Origin: Spirochaetia bacterium
GTDB lineage: Bacteria > Spirochaetota > Spirochaetia > CADAEX01
Direction of reading: 5' to 3'
Assembly (NCBI GenBank): GCA_963662795.1
Contig: OY759746.1
Span: forward strand, 3,584,001 to 3,648,000
Length of the DNA stretch: 64,000 nucleotides
Part shown: positions 49,145 to 58,832 of the stretch, piece after piece
Layout: every line of letters starts with the position of its first letter
How positions within the stretch are numbered: position 1 is the stretch's first letter
Notes under the pieces: model-generated
What the model was told of the DNA's origin: nothing
The model's input: the letters and a program-made list of their open reading frames with translations, nothing else
Databases searched by the model: none
Program-made: the position numbers and the translations under genes

Positions 49145-50272
49145 TTACCCTGTTTTCACGAATTCAAGCACATTACTCTTCCCGCTGTAAATCTCATCAA
49201 TCTTGTCAGCAACAACTAAAAGATTCTCCGGGTTAATATGAGTATAAAGCGCCTGTGTATCCCTGTTTTTATCTGTTCAGCCCAGATATTTCTTGACATA
49301 GAGTTCCGGACTGCCGGCAAGCAGGAGATTTGTATTAAGGGAGTGCCGGAAGCTGTGAGGAGAGATATTTCGACCGTCAATATCAATCTCGAAAGCGGCC
49401 ATGGAGCGCCTGAAATTATTCCTCCACCAAGTCTCCCCTGTCCGCCGGGTGTTATCATGGAATATATACCTGAAGGACCCTTTCTCCGGAAGATTTAATA
49501 AAACAGATGCAGCAAGAGGAATTTCAACCGACATCCCCCATTTAACGTCTCCGGAGCATTTTTCCGACTTCTTCCAGGCACGGTCGATATTGCAGTATTT
49601 TCCCTCAATCTGTTCCCATTCGAGAGCGAGGATCTCCGATGCGCGTCGGACGGTAAAGGCTGCAAAACGGAAAAGCTGATATGCAATACGTGACGGCCAT
49701 TTATCCGGATCCGAAAACAGGTGTAAAATCTCTTCAGAAAAGAAAAATCCTCGTTCTTTGGCATTATATTTTATATCACTGATATGTGTCGCCGGATTAT
49801 TCTTAATATCTCCTCGGTAATGTGCTTCAGAAAAAATTGAAGAAACAGCTTTTATAACTTTATTTACAGTATTATGTTTTCCAGCATTTTTTGAAATAAG
49901 AATGTCGCGCAGATCAATAATATCTCCCCTGGTTATTTCCCCCATGCTAAAATCAGCAAATTTCTCCGGATAGACATATTTTTTAATCAATCTGGCAAGA
50001 TCTTCACAATAACGCAGTCCATATTTTTTACCTTCTGCAGAATATCTTTTTCGCCTGGGATTTGTTTCATATACCAGATATTGCGCTGAATATGCCTTGA
50101 AATTGATTATAGAACACTTTGTAAGAGAATTTATAAATTCAATAATAAAATCATTTGCTTTACCTTTTTTTGAAGTTCCGCATGATTTCTTTCTTCTTTT
50201 ACCAGAAGCTGGATCTACATAATAAAAGAATAAGTTTGAAGAGCCTTCTCGACAGATTGGTCTGGGATACAT
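49145..50272 (-). pseudogene. Tyrosine recombinase/phage integrase with in-frame TGA before catalytic Tyr
   Basis: RASE, HSFRHS, YLG*TDKNRDTQALYTH continuing in frame to TAA at 49145. Confidence 0.88.
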
Positions 50273-50333
50273 TTAAAATTCCTTGATACCACTTTGATAC
50301 CAGTCCAACTCCCATGACCATTATATAAAAAAA

Positions 50334-50358
50334 TAAGTCATTGCATTGCAATGACTTA
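50334..50358. repeat. 12-bp inverted repeat just 3' of tRNA-Val (terminator or att arm)
   Basis: TAAGTCATTGCA-T-TGCAATGACTTA. Confidence 0.7.
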
Positions 50359-50359
50359 G

Positions 50360-50434
<75 letters not shown>

Positions 50435-50445
50435 TTACAAAATGG

Positions 50446-50474
50446 ACAATATCATATTGTTTTTTCGATGTCAA
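50446..50474 (-). promoter_or_regulatory. Sigma70 promoter of tRNA-Val
   Basis: TTGACA-N17-TATTGT with TG extension, 11 nt before tRNA. Confidence 0.6.
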
Positions 50475-51327
50475 TAATATCGTTAAAAATATTTTTTTGT
50501 TTTTCAATATCCTTAAGCCGTGCGTTTATGTCATTGAGTTTCCGGTTTAATGTCTCGATTGTTTTCATTATCTTCTTTTTCTCTGAAACAAGTCTTGCAG
50601 AAACATCGTTAGATGGATCTTCAGATTCTCCTGCAGATAAACCGCCGGGAAATTCATCCCGGTTCCCCGCAAGAACTGATTTTACATAATCAGGACTCTC
50701 TCTGTTTATAAAAAGTTTTTCAGCTTCAGTCCTTTTTTCCGGAATTTTAACTGCTGCTACGGTTTTCATGTTTTCAAAACCGATTTCAGGGGATATATCA
50801 AGTCCGTATACGCTTATAAGGGCTGATGCGATATGCCGGTGAATGCCAAGTTCCCTGTCTGTATAGTCGTCAAAGCTCAGGTGCCGTTCAATACACATGT
50901 TTTTGGCTTTTGAAAGAAGCCCGCCCAGTTCTTTCATCAGTTCCCCGTTTTTTTTAATGTATTCTTCCCTTATTTTTCTGGTAAATAATGTAAATTCTTC
51001 GTCACTTTTAAAAGCGTTTCTGTAAATATTCTTTTCTTCTGCTTTTTTAAGCAGATTATGAAGAATTGCCCAGAACTCTCTTGTATGGCACCGGCCGGAA
51101 ACAGGAGTTCCAGTACTTGAACAATGAACATGGTGGGCAAATTCATGTATTGCAGTATACATGGTGTCGTTATCCCCTTTCATATTCCTGTTGTGGATTA
51201 TAATTTCCCGTGACTGAGGTTTATAAAGTCCGTCAACCTTGCGGCTTTGTTTGCCTGACAGAATAACTGTAAAATCAGGTGTATCTGCCAGCTTCTGAAG
51301 ATTTTCCTTTATCTGTTGCTGATTCAT
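50452..51327 (-). CDS. HEXXH (zincin/SprT-like) motif protein with coiled-coil tail
   Basis: TAIHEFAHH...H.REFW. Confidence 0.7.
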   Translation of the reverse strand: MNQQQIKENLQKLADTPDFTVILSGKQSRKVDGLYKPQSREIIIHNRNMKGDNDTMYTAIHEFAHHVHCSSTGTPVSGRCHTREFWAILHNLLKKAEEKNIYRNAFKSDEEFTLFTRKIREEYIKKNGELMKELGGLLSKAKNMCIERHLSFDDYTDRELGIHRHIASALISVYGLDISPEIGFENMKTVAAVKIPEKRTEAEKLFINRESPDYVKSVLAGNRDEFPGGLSAGESEDPSNDVSARLVSEKKKIMKTIETLNRKLNDINARLKDIEKQKNIFNDIIDIEKTI

Positions 51328-51333
51328 AAATAT

Positions 51334-52731
51334 CTAATTATCAAGTGAAAGCCCGGAATAGACAGCCTTATGAAGCCCTGTGATAAAGATATCATCATTG
51401 TTGATATCCCTTAAAAGCTTGATAGAAGCCCGCTCCTGAGCCTGGTCCCAGGTAAGCCCTACCTCCCTGTATTCCTTAGTTTCATATGAATAAATATTAC
51501 TTCCTTCCTTCATCAGGGATATTGAAGCTTTTACATTTGTTATATATAGGCCATGGGTGTTTTCAGGAAGATTTCTGAAATACATGGTAAAAATTATTGA
51601 GTGTTTTTCTTCTCCTGTCCCTGATGAAAGACGAAGAGCAAGTTCTTTCCTGGAAAAAAGCGCTTTAACTGAATCGGGAAGACTTTCTATTTCAGCATCG
51701 CCAATAACAACAAGTTTAAGTAAAACACTTACCTGATTCATTATTGCTGACAATTCTTTCCTTGGAACTGATACCTTTTTCCTGAATCCTTCCGGATTTA
51801 TACCTGCATTTTGCATGGAAATTACAGCATATATTGTGTTTTTACCTGCCGGCAGAAGATTAAAACCGGCTTTTCCGGAAAATTTACCATCCTTATCTGT
51901 CGTAACCTCAGTAAGCCTGACACCGTCAGTCTTGTTGATAAAATCAATTGTAAGCGGTCCCGGAGTGCGTCCGTTTTTATCAACTACAGTTATTGCAATA
52001 TCTTCAAGTCTTCCCGGTTCAGTTACAATTACCTCCGGTTCAACATGGAGAACGATTCCTGACAATACTTTTGAAATATTTTCTTCAAGCAGATCTATTA
52101 AAATACCCTCTTCGCCATTGACAGTTGTATTTATTGTCCCTTCGTATGGGGATTCTGCAACAAGCTGCCAGCCTTTTCCTAAAGACGAGAGGATTTCAAA
52201 ATCACTTGAATCCGGTGATAAAAGGACAGGCGATATAACACCAATTACACGGGTGGCAATTTCTTCCTTTTCCTTCCTCTGTATTTCTGCCCATCTTGCT
52301 TTCGAGATTCTGTAATAAAACCAGGAACCTGAAACTTCAGAAAACCAGGAATCAAAAACCTCGATCTCCTTGAAATTCCTGCTTACAGACTGATTTATCT
52401 GCAGTTCTGTTGATTGAAAGGATTTTCCCTCAGAATCTTCTTTTACGGTAAAATCCTGAGTGCTTTTAATATTAACAGATATTGCTGCTGCAAGAGCGTT
52501 TAATGCCTTTGATTTGGCCAATTCATAGTCTGCTGACTGATTACCTGTATTTGAAGATCCTATCCCTATAAAATATTCACTATCAACAGGATAGTTGTCG
52601 ATCCATACAGGGCGGGCTTCCTGATCGGCAGGTTTTTTGGAAACCCCTGACGTTGTCACAATACAACTGTTTAATAAAAAGGCTGTTGAAATGAGTATTC
52701 CAAAAAAGTAAGCAGTTTTTCCTGAAAACAT
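51334..52731 (-). CDS. LPP20-domain lipoprotein
   Basis: Lipobox LNSC; RPVWI..YFIGIG..A.SKAL..LA..ISV.IKS. Confidence 0.75.
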   Translation of the reverse strand: MFSGKTAYFFGILISTAFLLNSCIVTTSGVSKKPADQEARPVWIDNYPVDSEYFIGIGSSNTGNQSADYELAKSKALNALAAAISVNIKSTQDFTVKEDSEGKSFQSTELQINQSVSRNFKEIEVFDSWFSEVSGSWFYYRISKARWAEIQRKEKEEIATRVIGVISPVLLSPDSSDFEILSSLGKGWQLVAESPYEGTINTTVNGEEGILIDLLEENISKVLSGIVLHVEPEVIVTEPGRLEDIAITVVDKNGRTPGPLTIDFINKTDGVRLTEVTTDKDGKFSGKAGFNLLPAGKNTIYAVISMQNAGINPEGFRKKVSVPRKELSAIMNQVSVLLKLVVIGDAEIESLPDSVKALFSRKELALRLSSGTGEEKHSIIFTMYFRNLPENTHGLYITNVKASISLMKEGSNIYSYETKEYREVGLTWDQAQERASIKLLRDINNDDIFITGLHKAVYSGLSLDN

Positions 52732-52755
52732 ATAATTCCCCTTTAAATCATGGAG

Positions 52756-53613
52756 TTATTCAGCTGATGAAACACCGAGAGAATAATAGTTTCTCATGTC
52801 CGGGTCCCACCATCTTCTGATTATATAAAAACCTTTTATTACAGCTGCAGAATGTTCTGTTGCATTTCTTCCGTAATAACCTTTATCTGTTTTTGATACA
52901 ACAGATACCGATTTCTGCTTAATCATCTCCTCAATGGAATTCAGATCAGCATGTCTTATGGATTCTGATATCCGGCTGTACCGTTCTGAAACACCGACAC
53001 TGAAATTATAATCTCTAATTTCCGGTACAAGATTAATCCATGACGGTTTTTTCTCTCTTACAGATATCTCAATACCTGTAAAATTATAAAAATCATCAGG
53101 AACAGTGTTTGTTAAATCATTTTGTTCCATCTCAAACAATGCGCCTGAAATATTTCTGTTTCTGAAATTATAGCGCAGTTTAAGTTTTTCCTTAATGTTT
53201 TCTTTATCCAATATTTCAGTTTCAATAAATAATTTTTTCGATATACCCTGAAAAGCAGCGCCTGATTCAAGGTAAAAGCCGAAGTAACTGACATCAATGT
53301 CATGGAACAGCATTACAGACTCAAAAGCGCTTTCCAGTATAGCATCTTTCTCTTTTTCTATATCAGTATAATGTGGAGAAAATCCGTAAAAAAACAGGCT
53401 GCCTCTGCTGTAAGGAGTATTGCATACACTGTCAAAAAAAATGTCTTCTGATTTAATTGCCTGATCAGTATTATGAGAGCCGGAATGATGATCCGCTCTT
53501 TGTTCTCCCGCACAGGATAGCAGGATTAGTACTGAAACAACGATTAGTAACCTTTTCAAGATATTTTCTAGCGCCAATTTTTTAATTTTCCCGAATTTCA
53601 TAACCAGGGGCAC
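52756..53613 (-). CDS. Lipoprotein with LPP20-like C-terminal part
   Basis: Lipobox LLSC; KPSWI..P....FSVGVS; exact start uncertain. Confidence 0.6.
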   Translation of the reverse strand: MPLVMKFGKIKKLALENILKRLLIVVSVLILLSCAGEQRADHHSGSHNTDQAIKSEDIFFDSVCNTPYSRGSLFFYGFSPHYTDIEKEKDAILESAFESVMLFHDIDVSYFGFYLESGAAFQGISKKLFIETEILDKENIKEKLKLRYNFRNRNISGALFEMEQNDLTNTVPDDFYNFTGIEISVREKKPSWINLVPEIRDYNFSVGVSERYSRISESIRHADLNSIEEMIKQKSVSVVSKTDKGYYGRNATEHSAAVIKGFYIIRRWWDPDMRNYYSLGVSSAE

Positions 53614-53678
53614 CTTGCAGCAGGAAATCCTGGAATAGCCTTTGCCCCAGGTATTACTATACTTTTTTCAAGGTGCCC
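53608..53678. repeat. MITE/REP-like palindromic element
   Basis: GGGCACCTTG...CAAGGTGCCC terminal IR with inner CCTGG/CCAGG stem. Confidence 0.45.
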
Positions 53679-53683
53679 GCAGG

Positions 53684-53723
53684 AAAAACCCCGGCAGAAC
53701 CAATAACCTAACTTGCCGGGGTT
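53684..53723 (-). terminator. Intrinsic terminator
   Basis: Minus strand CCCCGGCA...TGCCGGGG-TTTTT. Confidence 0.6.
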
Positions 53724-53778
53724 TGTATTTATCTTTTACAGATTAAAGATTCATACGAAATAATATCAAGGTTAAAGA

Positions 53779-54366
53779 TTATTCCTTGACAGGATTTGAT
53801 TTCGTCGGATTGCTCTTTAATTCATAATTAAGCTTTTCAAGCGCCTGAGCTGCCTTGAATTCAGAAAAAGCGGCTTCTTCATTTCTCTTGAATACTTCTG
53901 CTGCATCAGCTTTAAAATTGGATGTTTTATATTCAATCAAGGCATAAATTGTACCGTCTTTTGCAGCAAACATCTCTTTAGGTTTTGCGCCCTGAAGTTT
54001 TGTATCTGCGATCTGTCTTGAAACAGTTTCCACGAATTTAATAGTCTGTGTACTGTCTACCCCTGATTCCTGAGCATAATCAGTTATGGCATTTTTTATC
54101 TGAAGGCTTGTTTGTCTTGCAATATCATCCCTTGCTCTTGCAAGAGCCATTGTTCTCGACATATCAAGAGAAGACATTTTCGCGACACCTACTCCGTAAA
54201 GAGCATCCTCTGCTGTAGGGGGCATGAGAAAAAACTGGGGGACATCAGACATAGTCTCTTTAACAGCCTTTTCCTCCGCCTTTTTTTCTTTTGTCTGTTT
54301 GGAAGCACACCCGAATGCAGAAAGTACAGACAACAATGTAAAGATAATCAGTAATTTTTTTAACAT
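53779..54366 (-). CDS. LPP20-family lipoprotein
   Basis: Lipobox FGC; VPQFF..PP..ALYGVG.AK..A.ARARDDIARQ. Confidence 0.78.
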   Translation of the reverse strand: MLKKLLIIFTLLSVLSAFGCASKQTKEKKAEEKAVKETMSDVPQFFLMPPTAEDALYGVGVAKMSSLDMSRTMALARARDDIARQTSLQIKNAITDYAQESGVDSTQTIKFVETVSRQIADTKLQGAKPKEMFAAKDGTIYALIEYKTSNFKADAAEVFKRNEEAAFSEFKAAQALEKLNYELKSNPTKSNPVKE

Positions 54367-54548
54367 CTCTTACTCCTTGAATAAAAAAAGCTTTTTAATT
54401 TATCAATCAGGTTTATTCTGCCAAAAGCTGAACCTATAAAACATTAAAGAATCTTGATTGCTTTTTTGTTACATAAATTATAAACATTTTTGTTAATATT
54501 GTCATCTGTGGTAATCAAAAGATATTTAATATCCATTTTTTGACAGAC

Positions 54549-54578
54549 AAAAAAAGGGACTTGATTCAAGTCCCTTTT
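54549..54578 (-). terminator. Terminator after rpsU
   Basis: AAAAGGGACTTGA-T-TCAAGTCCCTTTT with U-tract on minus strand. Confidence 0.75.
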
Positions 54579-54583
54579 CGTTA

Positions 54584-54793
54584 TCAGTAACCTTTTGTCG
54601 ACTGCATTTTTCTCAGTTTCTTCTGTTGTTTTCTGATGATTGCTTTTTTCTTTCTATTGTTGACTGTGGAAGGTTTTTCGAAAAACTCTCTTTTTTTCCA
54701 TTCCCTGATTATACCTTCTTTCTCAACCATTCGCTTAAATCTTTTAAGAGCTTTTTCGAGCGGTTCTGTATCATCTATTCTCACAAAAGCGAT
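54584..54793 (-). CDS. rpsU: 30S ribosomal protein S21 (probable ATC start)
   Basis: [31 protein letters not shown]; SD GGAGGTGAT upstream of ATC-GCT-TTT-GTG. Confidence 0.92.
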   Translation of the reverse strand: MAFVRIDDTEPLEKALKRFKRMVEKEGIIREWKKREFFEKPSTVNNRKKKAIIRKQQKKLRKMQSTKGY

Positions 54794-54798
54794 AAAAA

Positions 54799-55788
54799 TC
54801 ACCTCCCTTTGGCCAAATCCGAAAAATCAGAATTAATAATACTTAAAATTTCATCTTTGTCAATCAGCGGATTGACTGTAAAATATTCAGGATCAACAGG
54901 TATCATCTGGTTTCTCATCTCCCAGTGAAGATGGGGGCCTGTAGAGAGTCCTGTGCTACCGACAAGACCTAATACCGCACCCTTGGAAAGAAATTGATCT
55001 GTCTCAACATAAATTTTTTCAAGATGATAATAAATAGTAAATACCCCTGGAAGATGTTCAATTATTACACTGTTCCCTGTAAGAAGACGGTTGCCGCAAT
55101 ATATAACGCGGCCGGACGCGCTGCAGTGAACAGGTGTACCTGGTTCTAGTGCAAGATCTATCCCGTTATGAACAGAATTGACAGATTCACCGCTTTTATA
55201 TACAAAATTCCTGATATCACCGAAAAATGAAGTGGTAACAGGATTATTCATTAGCGGTTTCATGATATTCGTATCAGCAAGAATATTATCACTGTTAAAG
55301 GAATTCAAATATCCGACAAGTTCACGGGTTTCTGTTTTTCGTCTTTCAGAGTCATCTGCACGTAAATCAGAAAGGTTTTCGTTTAATGAGATAGTCTCTT
55401 TTCTATATGCTCTCTCATTCAGGAACACAGGAAAATCCCTCTTTTCAGTATATTCTCCCTCAATATTTACAGATATCAGATATTTACCACTCCCTAGAGC
55501 AGGGTCGAAACTGATAAAGATGATAAAACAGTCAAGTCTGTTATTACTTTTTGATGAAAGCTCCTGAATCAAATCAGTTTTATACCTGAATCCCTGAAAC
55601 CGTTTGATTAGAATCCCTTTTTCATTCTTAAGTTCAGCAGTAATTTTATTTACACTATCAGAAGAAACTGCAGTTACCCTGACTATTGCCCCTGGAGAAG
55701 ATTCTTCCTGACATTTTATTACAGTCTCGGCATTGGCACAGAATGATAAGAAAAGGAACAGGAACGAAAAAAATATACGGGAAGACAT
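54799..55788 (-). CDS. M23 family metallopeptidase
   Basis: [18 protein letters not shown]; signal peptide. Confidence 0.9.
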   Translation of the reverse strand: MSSRIFFSFLFLFLSFCANAETVIKCQEESSPGAIVRVTAVSSDSVNKITAELKNEKGILIKRFQGFRYKTDLIQELSSKSNNRLDCFIIFISFDPALGSGKYLISVNIEGEYTEKRDFPVFLNERAYRKETISLNENLSDLRADDSERRKTETRELVGYLNSFNSDNILADTNIMKPLMNNPVTTSFFGDIRNFVYKSGESVNSVHNGIDLALEPGTPVHCSASGRVIYCGNRLLTGNSVIIEHLPGVFTIYYHLEKIYVETDQFLSKGAVLGLVGSTGLSTGPHLHWEMRNQMIPVDPEYFTVNPLIDKDEILSIINSDFSDLAKGR

Positions 55789-57914
55789 CAGATGATTCTT
55801 TCCAGGTCAATAATGTCAAGCTGGGGTATATTATTGTTTATGAAATAATTATTCCTCAACCTGAAAATTATATCTACCGTATCATCAATTGAAACATCCT
55901 TTCCTGCCTTTTCAGCTCCGTTCCAGAAAACAGCCGGCCAGGGCATATTGCCTGATTCAAGGACAAGCTTGAGATGACCGGCGGCTTTATTACCCATTAT
56001 TTCAATATTTTTTACCTTTAATGATCTGGCAAGAAATAAAAGCGCAGGATTTCCCTCTCCGAAAGGCATCATTGCGCTTACCACATCAACTATTTCCTGA
56101 TTAAGGTATCCAGGCGGCAGTTCCGCATCTATTTCAATAATACGGTCTTCCCTGTTAATTTTGGTACTGTTTTTTATATAATCCAGAAGTCTCTTTTTCA
56201 ACGTATCAAGATTTTCTTTTTCCATGGAAAAACCGCCGGCAAAATCATGGCCACCGAAATCAAGGAATAGATCACTGCAGAAATTCAGCATAGCCATAAT
56301 GGAATAACTGCTCATACTCCTTACAGAACCGACAATCCGCTCATCCATAACAGTGAAAACAATAGCAGGTACCTTGAAATAAGATGCAAACCTGGCAGAC
56401 AGTATCCCTGTGATCCCCCTGTTAACTTTGCTTCCTCCGGTAACGACAAGTGATTCATCCATCTCTTCGTAGCTTTTTTTCGCAGAATTAAACAGAAGAT
56501 CCCAGAGGTTGTCACCCAGCTTTTTTCTTTCCTTGTTAAGTGAAATGATTTCATCAGCAAGGGACCTTATTTCTTCAAGATCTTCAGAAAAAAACAATTT
56601 TGCAGCTTTTTCAGGTACACCCATTCTTCCAGTCGCATTAATGAGCGGCGTAATATTCCATGCGATATCTGATGTTGAAATATTTTTATCAAGCAGTTTT
56701 TGTCTGAAAAGAAGCTCGTGAAGCCCTTTGTTTGCGGTCTTCTGTATATTTTTTAGTCCGTGCCTCACTATTATCCTGTTTTCATTGACGAGAGGCATCA
56801 TATCTGCGATCGATCCGATTGTAACCATATCCATTATATTTTCAATTCTGTCATTCAGGATCTGGTTTTGCTTTAAAATAACTGCGGTAAATAAATTCAG
56901 AAGTATATCAAGCTCTGTCAGCTGATTTTCGCTGTATCTTGCGCTCCTGCTTACTTCTTTCATTTTCAGCAGACTCATCCCTTTAAGCCGGGGGAAAAGT
57001 TCTGTTGCCTGATCAGCAATATCAAAGGCATTGAGCTCCATACTGCTGCCGAATATCTCACTGAAAAGTCTTTTCTGCTGGGGAAGCGAATAAACTATAA
57101 TAATTGAATCCCGCATATATTTAATCAGGCCGGTTCTGCCTGGATCGTTTATGACACCCGGGACAAAAACCTCTCTCACCGGGTCGCTGGTGTTAACAAG
57201 GTTAAACATCCTTTGCGCTTCTGCAGTAAAAGACCCCCCTCCGGCCGGAATTATATTCAGGATGCATATATTTTTTTTATAAAGCTCGGTATCAGAAAAT
57301 GTCAGCGCCCAGATAACCTTGGAAACTACTCCGCATCCTGCAAGGTCGCGGAAAGGATAGCCTGTATCCTCAAGTTTAGGATTTATGATCGCAAATGCCT
57401 CAGGGATGGATTCCCCCGGAGTATGATGGTCGATAATGATTGTATCTATGCCGAGAGAAGCGGCGTATTTTATCTCTTTGGTACTTGATATACCGCAATC
57501 GACTGTAATAATCAGCGTTCCGTCATTCTCCGCAAACTCCCTCACCTTCTCTTCTGTAATACCGTATGGTTCATCACCGGAAGGAAGCGACCAGCTGACA
57601 TCAATACCCATCTCATTCATTTTTTTAACAATCAGGACTGTTGATGTAATTCCGTCCGCATCCCTGTCGCCGAATACAATCACCTTTTCACCTTCATCAG
57701 CTGCAGCATGAATACGGTCAACAACATCTTCCATTTCGTGAAACAGAAAAGGATTATGAATATATTTGAGATCTTCCTCAAGGACAAAAACGATGTCTTC
57801 CGGCTTTGTTATTCCCCTTCTCACAAGTATGGAAGACAGGAGAAGGCTTATGTTATATCTTGACGATATTTCTTTGACTGAATCCGAATCAATCGGTTTT
57901 TTATTATATTTCAT
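55788..57914 (-). CDS. recJ: ssDNA exonuclease RecJ
   Basis: GDRDADG, TVDCG, DHH, INATGR, GSVRS, GGHDFAGG; start 57914 preferred, 57950 possible. Confidence 0.93.
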   Translation of the reverse strand: MKYNKKPIDSDSVKEISSRYNISLLLSSILVRRGITKPEDIVFVLEEDLKYIHNPFLFHEMEDVVDRIHAAADEGEKVIVFGDRDADGITSTVLIVKKMNEMGIDVSWSLPSGDEPYGITEEKVREFAENDGTLIITVDCGISSTKEIKYAASLGIDTIIIDHHTPGESIPEAFAIINPKLEDTGYPFRDLAGCGVVSKVIWALTFSDTELYKKNICILNIIPAGGGSFTAEAQRMFNLVNTSDPVREVFVPGVINDPGRTGLIKYMRDSIIIVYSLPQQKRLFSEIFGSSMELNAFDIADQATELFPRLKGMSLLKMKEVSRSARYSENQLTELDILLNLFTAVILKQNQILNDRIENIMDMVTIGSIADMMPLVNENRIIVRHGLKNIQKTANKGLHELLFRQKLLDKNISTSDIAWNITPLINATGRMGVPEKAAKLFFSEDLEEIRSLADEIISLNKERKKLGDNLWDLLFNSAKKSYEEMDESLVVTGGSKVNRGITGILSARFASYFKVPAIVFTVMDERIVGSVRSMSSYSIMAMLNFCSDLFLDFGGHDFAGGFSMEKENLDTLKKRLLDYIKNSTKINREDRIIEIDAELPPGYLNQEIVDVVSAMMPFGEGNPALLFLARSLKVKNIEIMGNKAAGHLKLVLESGNMPWPAVFWNGAEKAGKDVSIDDTVDIIFRLRNNYFINNNIPQLDIIDLERII

Positions 57915-57965
57915 TAAGTGTATTATTACCTGTTTTACCTGGTCCAGCATGAGCTGGCGGAAAAA

Positions 57966-58730
57966 TCAGCCGAGATATTCTTTACCTGTCCGCAGGGTTG
58001 AAAGACTGTCTTCCAGATATTCCTGTATTATACTATATAATATAGACTTCAGGTATTTCAATAAATTATTTTCAATTCCTGCCTTTAATGAGTGCCCGAT
58101 TTCATTTTTTAATGAATATGCGATATATTTCCTTATTCCCGGGACAATTTTTATCCGGGAGTTATTCAAATCAGCGCAATCAGTACAGATAAAACAGCTG
58201 TGATGATGATTATAAAACATTGTCTCATTATCTATTATGCTGCGGCTGCAGAACCCGCACTCATCGAAAATGAAGTTTCCGCCCATCAGGACCGTGCTCC
58301 TCAGCAGGTATTGAACCATCATTTTATCATCAAGCTCTGAAGGACATTTTTCAAGAAGATCAAGCGATGATGAGAGCAGCTGATAAAGTTCCAGAGTCCC
58401 CTCCCCTCCTCCGTGAGCCTTGACAGCTATCTCAAGCCAGCACAAGGCCGTATAATATTTTTTCAGATTATTTTTTATGGAATCATAAAATTCTTCCGGC
58501 GCATAATCAATAATCTTGATGCTCCTGCTCAAAGGATCATTATAGATATCAAAATGTCCCCTTGTAAGGGGCTGGACTGCCGGACCCAGTTTACTTTTCC
58601 CCTTATAACCTCCATATGAAATTGTATTAATAATTCCTTTCTGGGGCGAGAAAACAACACTTCCCTTGTGATAATCATGTATCCTGTAATTCCGTATAAC
58701 TATTCCATCTATTTTTAGGTTTCTGTTCAT
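57966..58730 (-). CDS. recO: DNA repair protein RecO
   Basis: N-terminal OB fold (GIVIR...FSPQKGII), zinc finger CGFC...CTDC; adjacent to recJ. Confidence 0.82.
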   Translation of the reverse strand: MNRNLKIDGIVIRNYRIHDYHKGSVVFSPQKGIINTISYGGYKGKSKLGPAVQPLTRGHFDIYNDPLSRSIKIIDYAPEEFYDSIKNNLKKYYTALCWLEIAVKAHGGGEGTLELYQLLSSSLDLLEKCPSELDDKMMVQYLLRSTVLMGGNFIFDECGFCSRSIIDNETMFYNHHHSCFICTDCADLNNSRIKIVPGIRKYIAYSLKNEIGHSLKAGIENNLLKYLKSILYSIIQEYLEDSLSTLRTGKEYLG

Positions 58731-58832
58731 CCTGAAAGTTCTTTTTCCTTGACAACATTATACAATAATAATTAGCTTTAATATAATTATTGAATAATTA
58801 TTTAACTTATTATTTTATCAGGAGTTTTTATA

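Noticed and set aside
10650-49200. att direct repeat of the tRNA-Val 3' end
   Set aside because: None found by eye; TGGGCGTGAC near 27344 is a short match inside GGDEF coding sequence
49277-49279. TGA reassigned to Trp (alternative genetic code)
   Set aside because: Many intact genes here end in TGA with tight coupling, and Trp is TGG throughout
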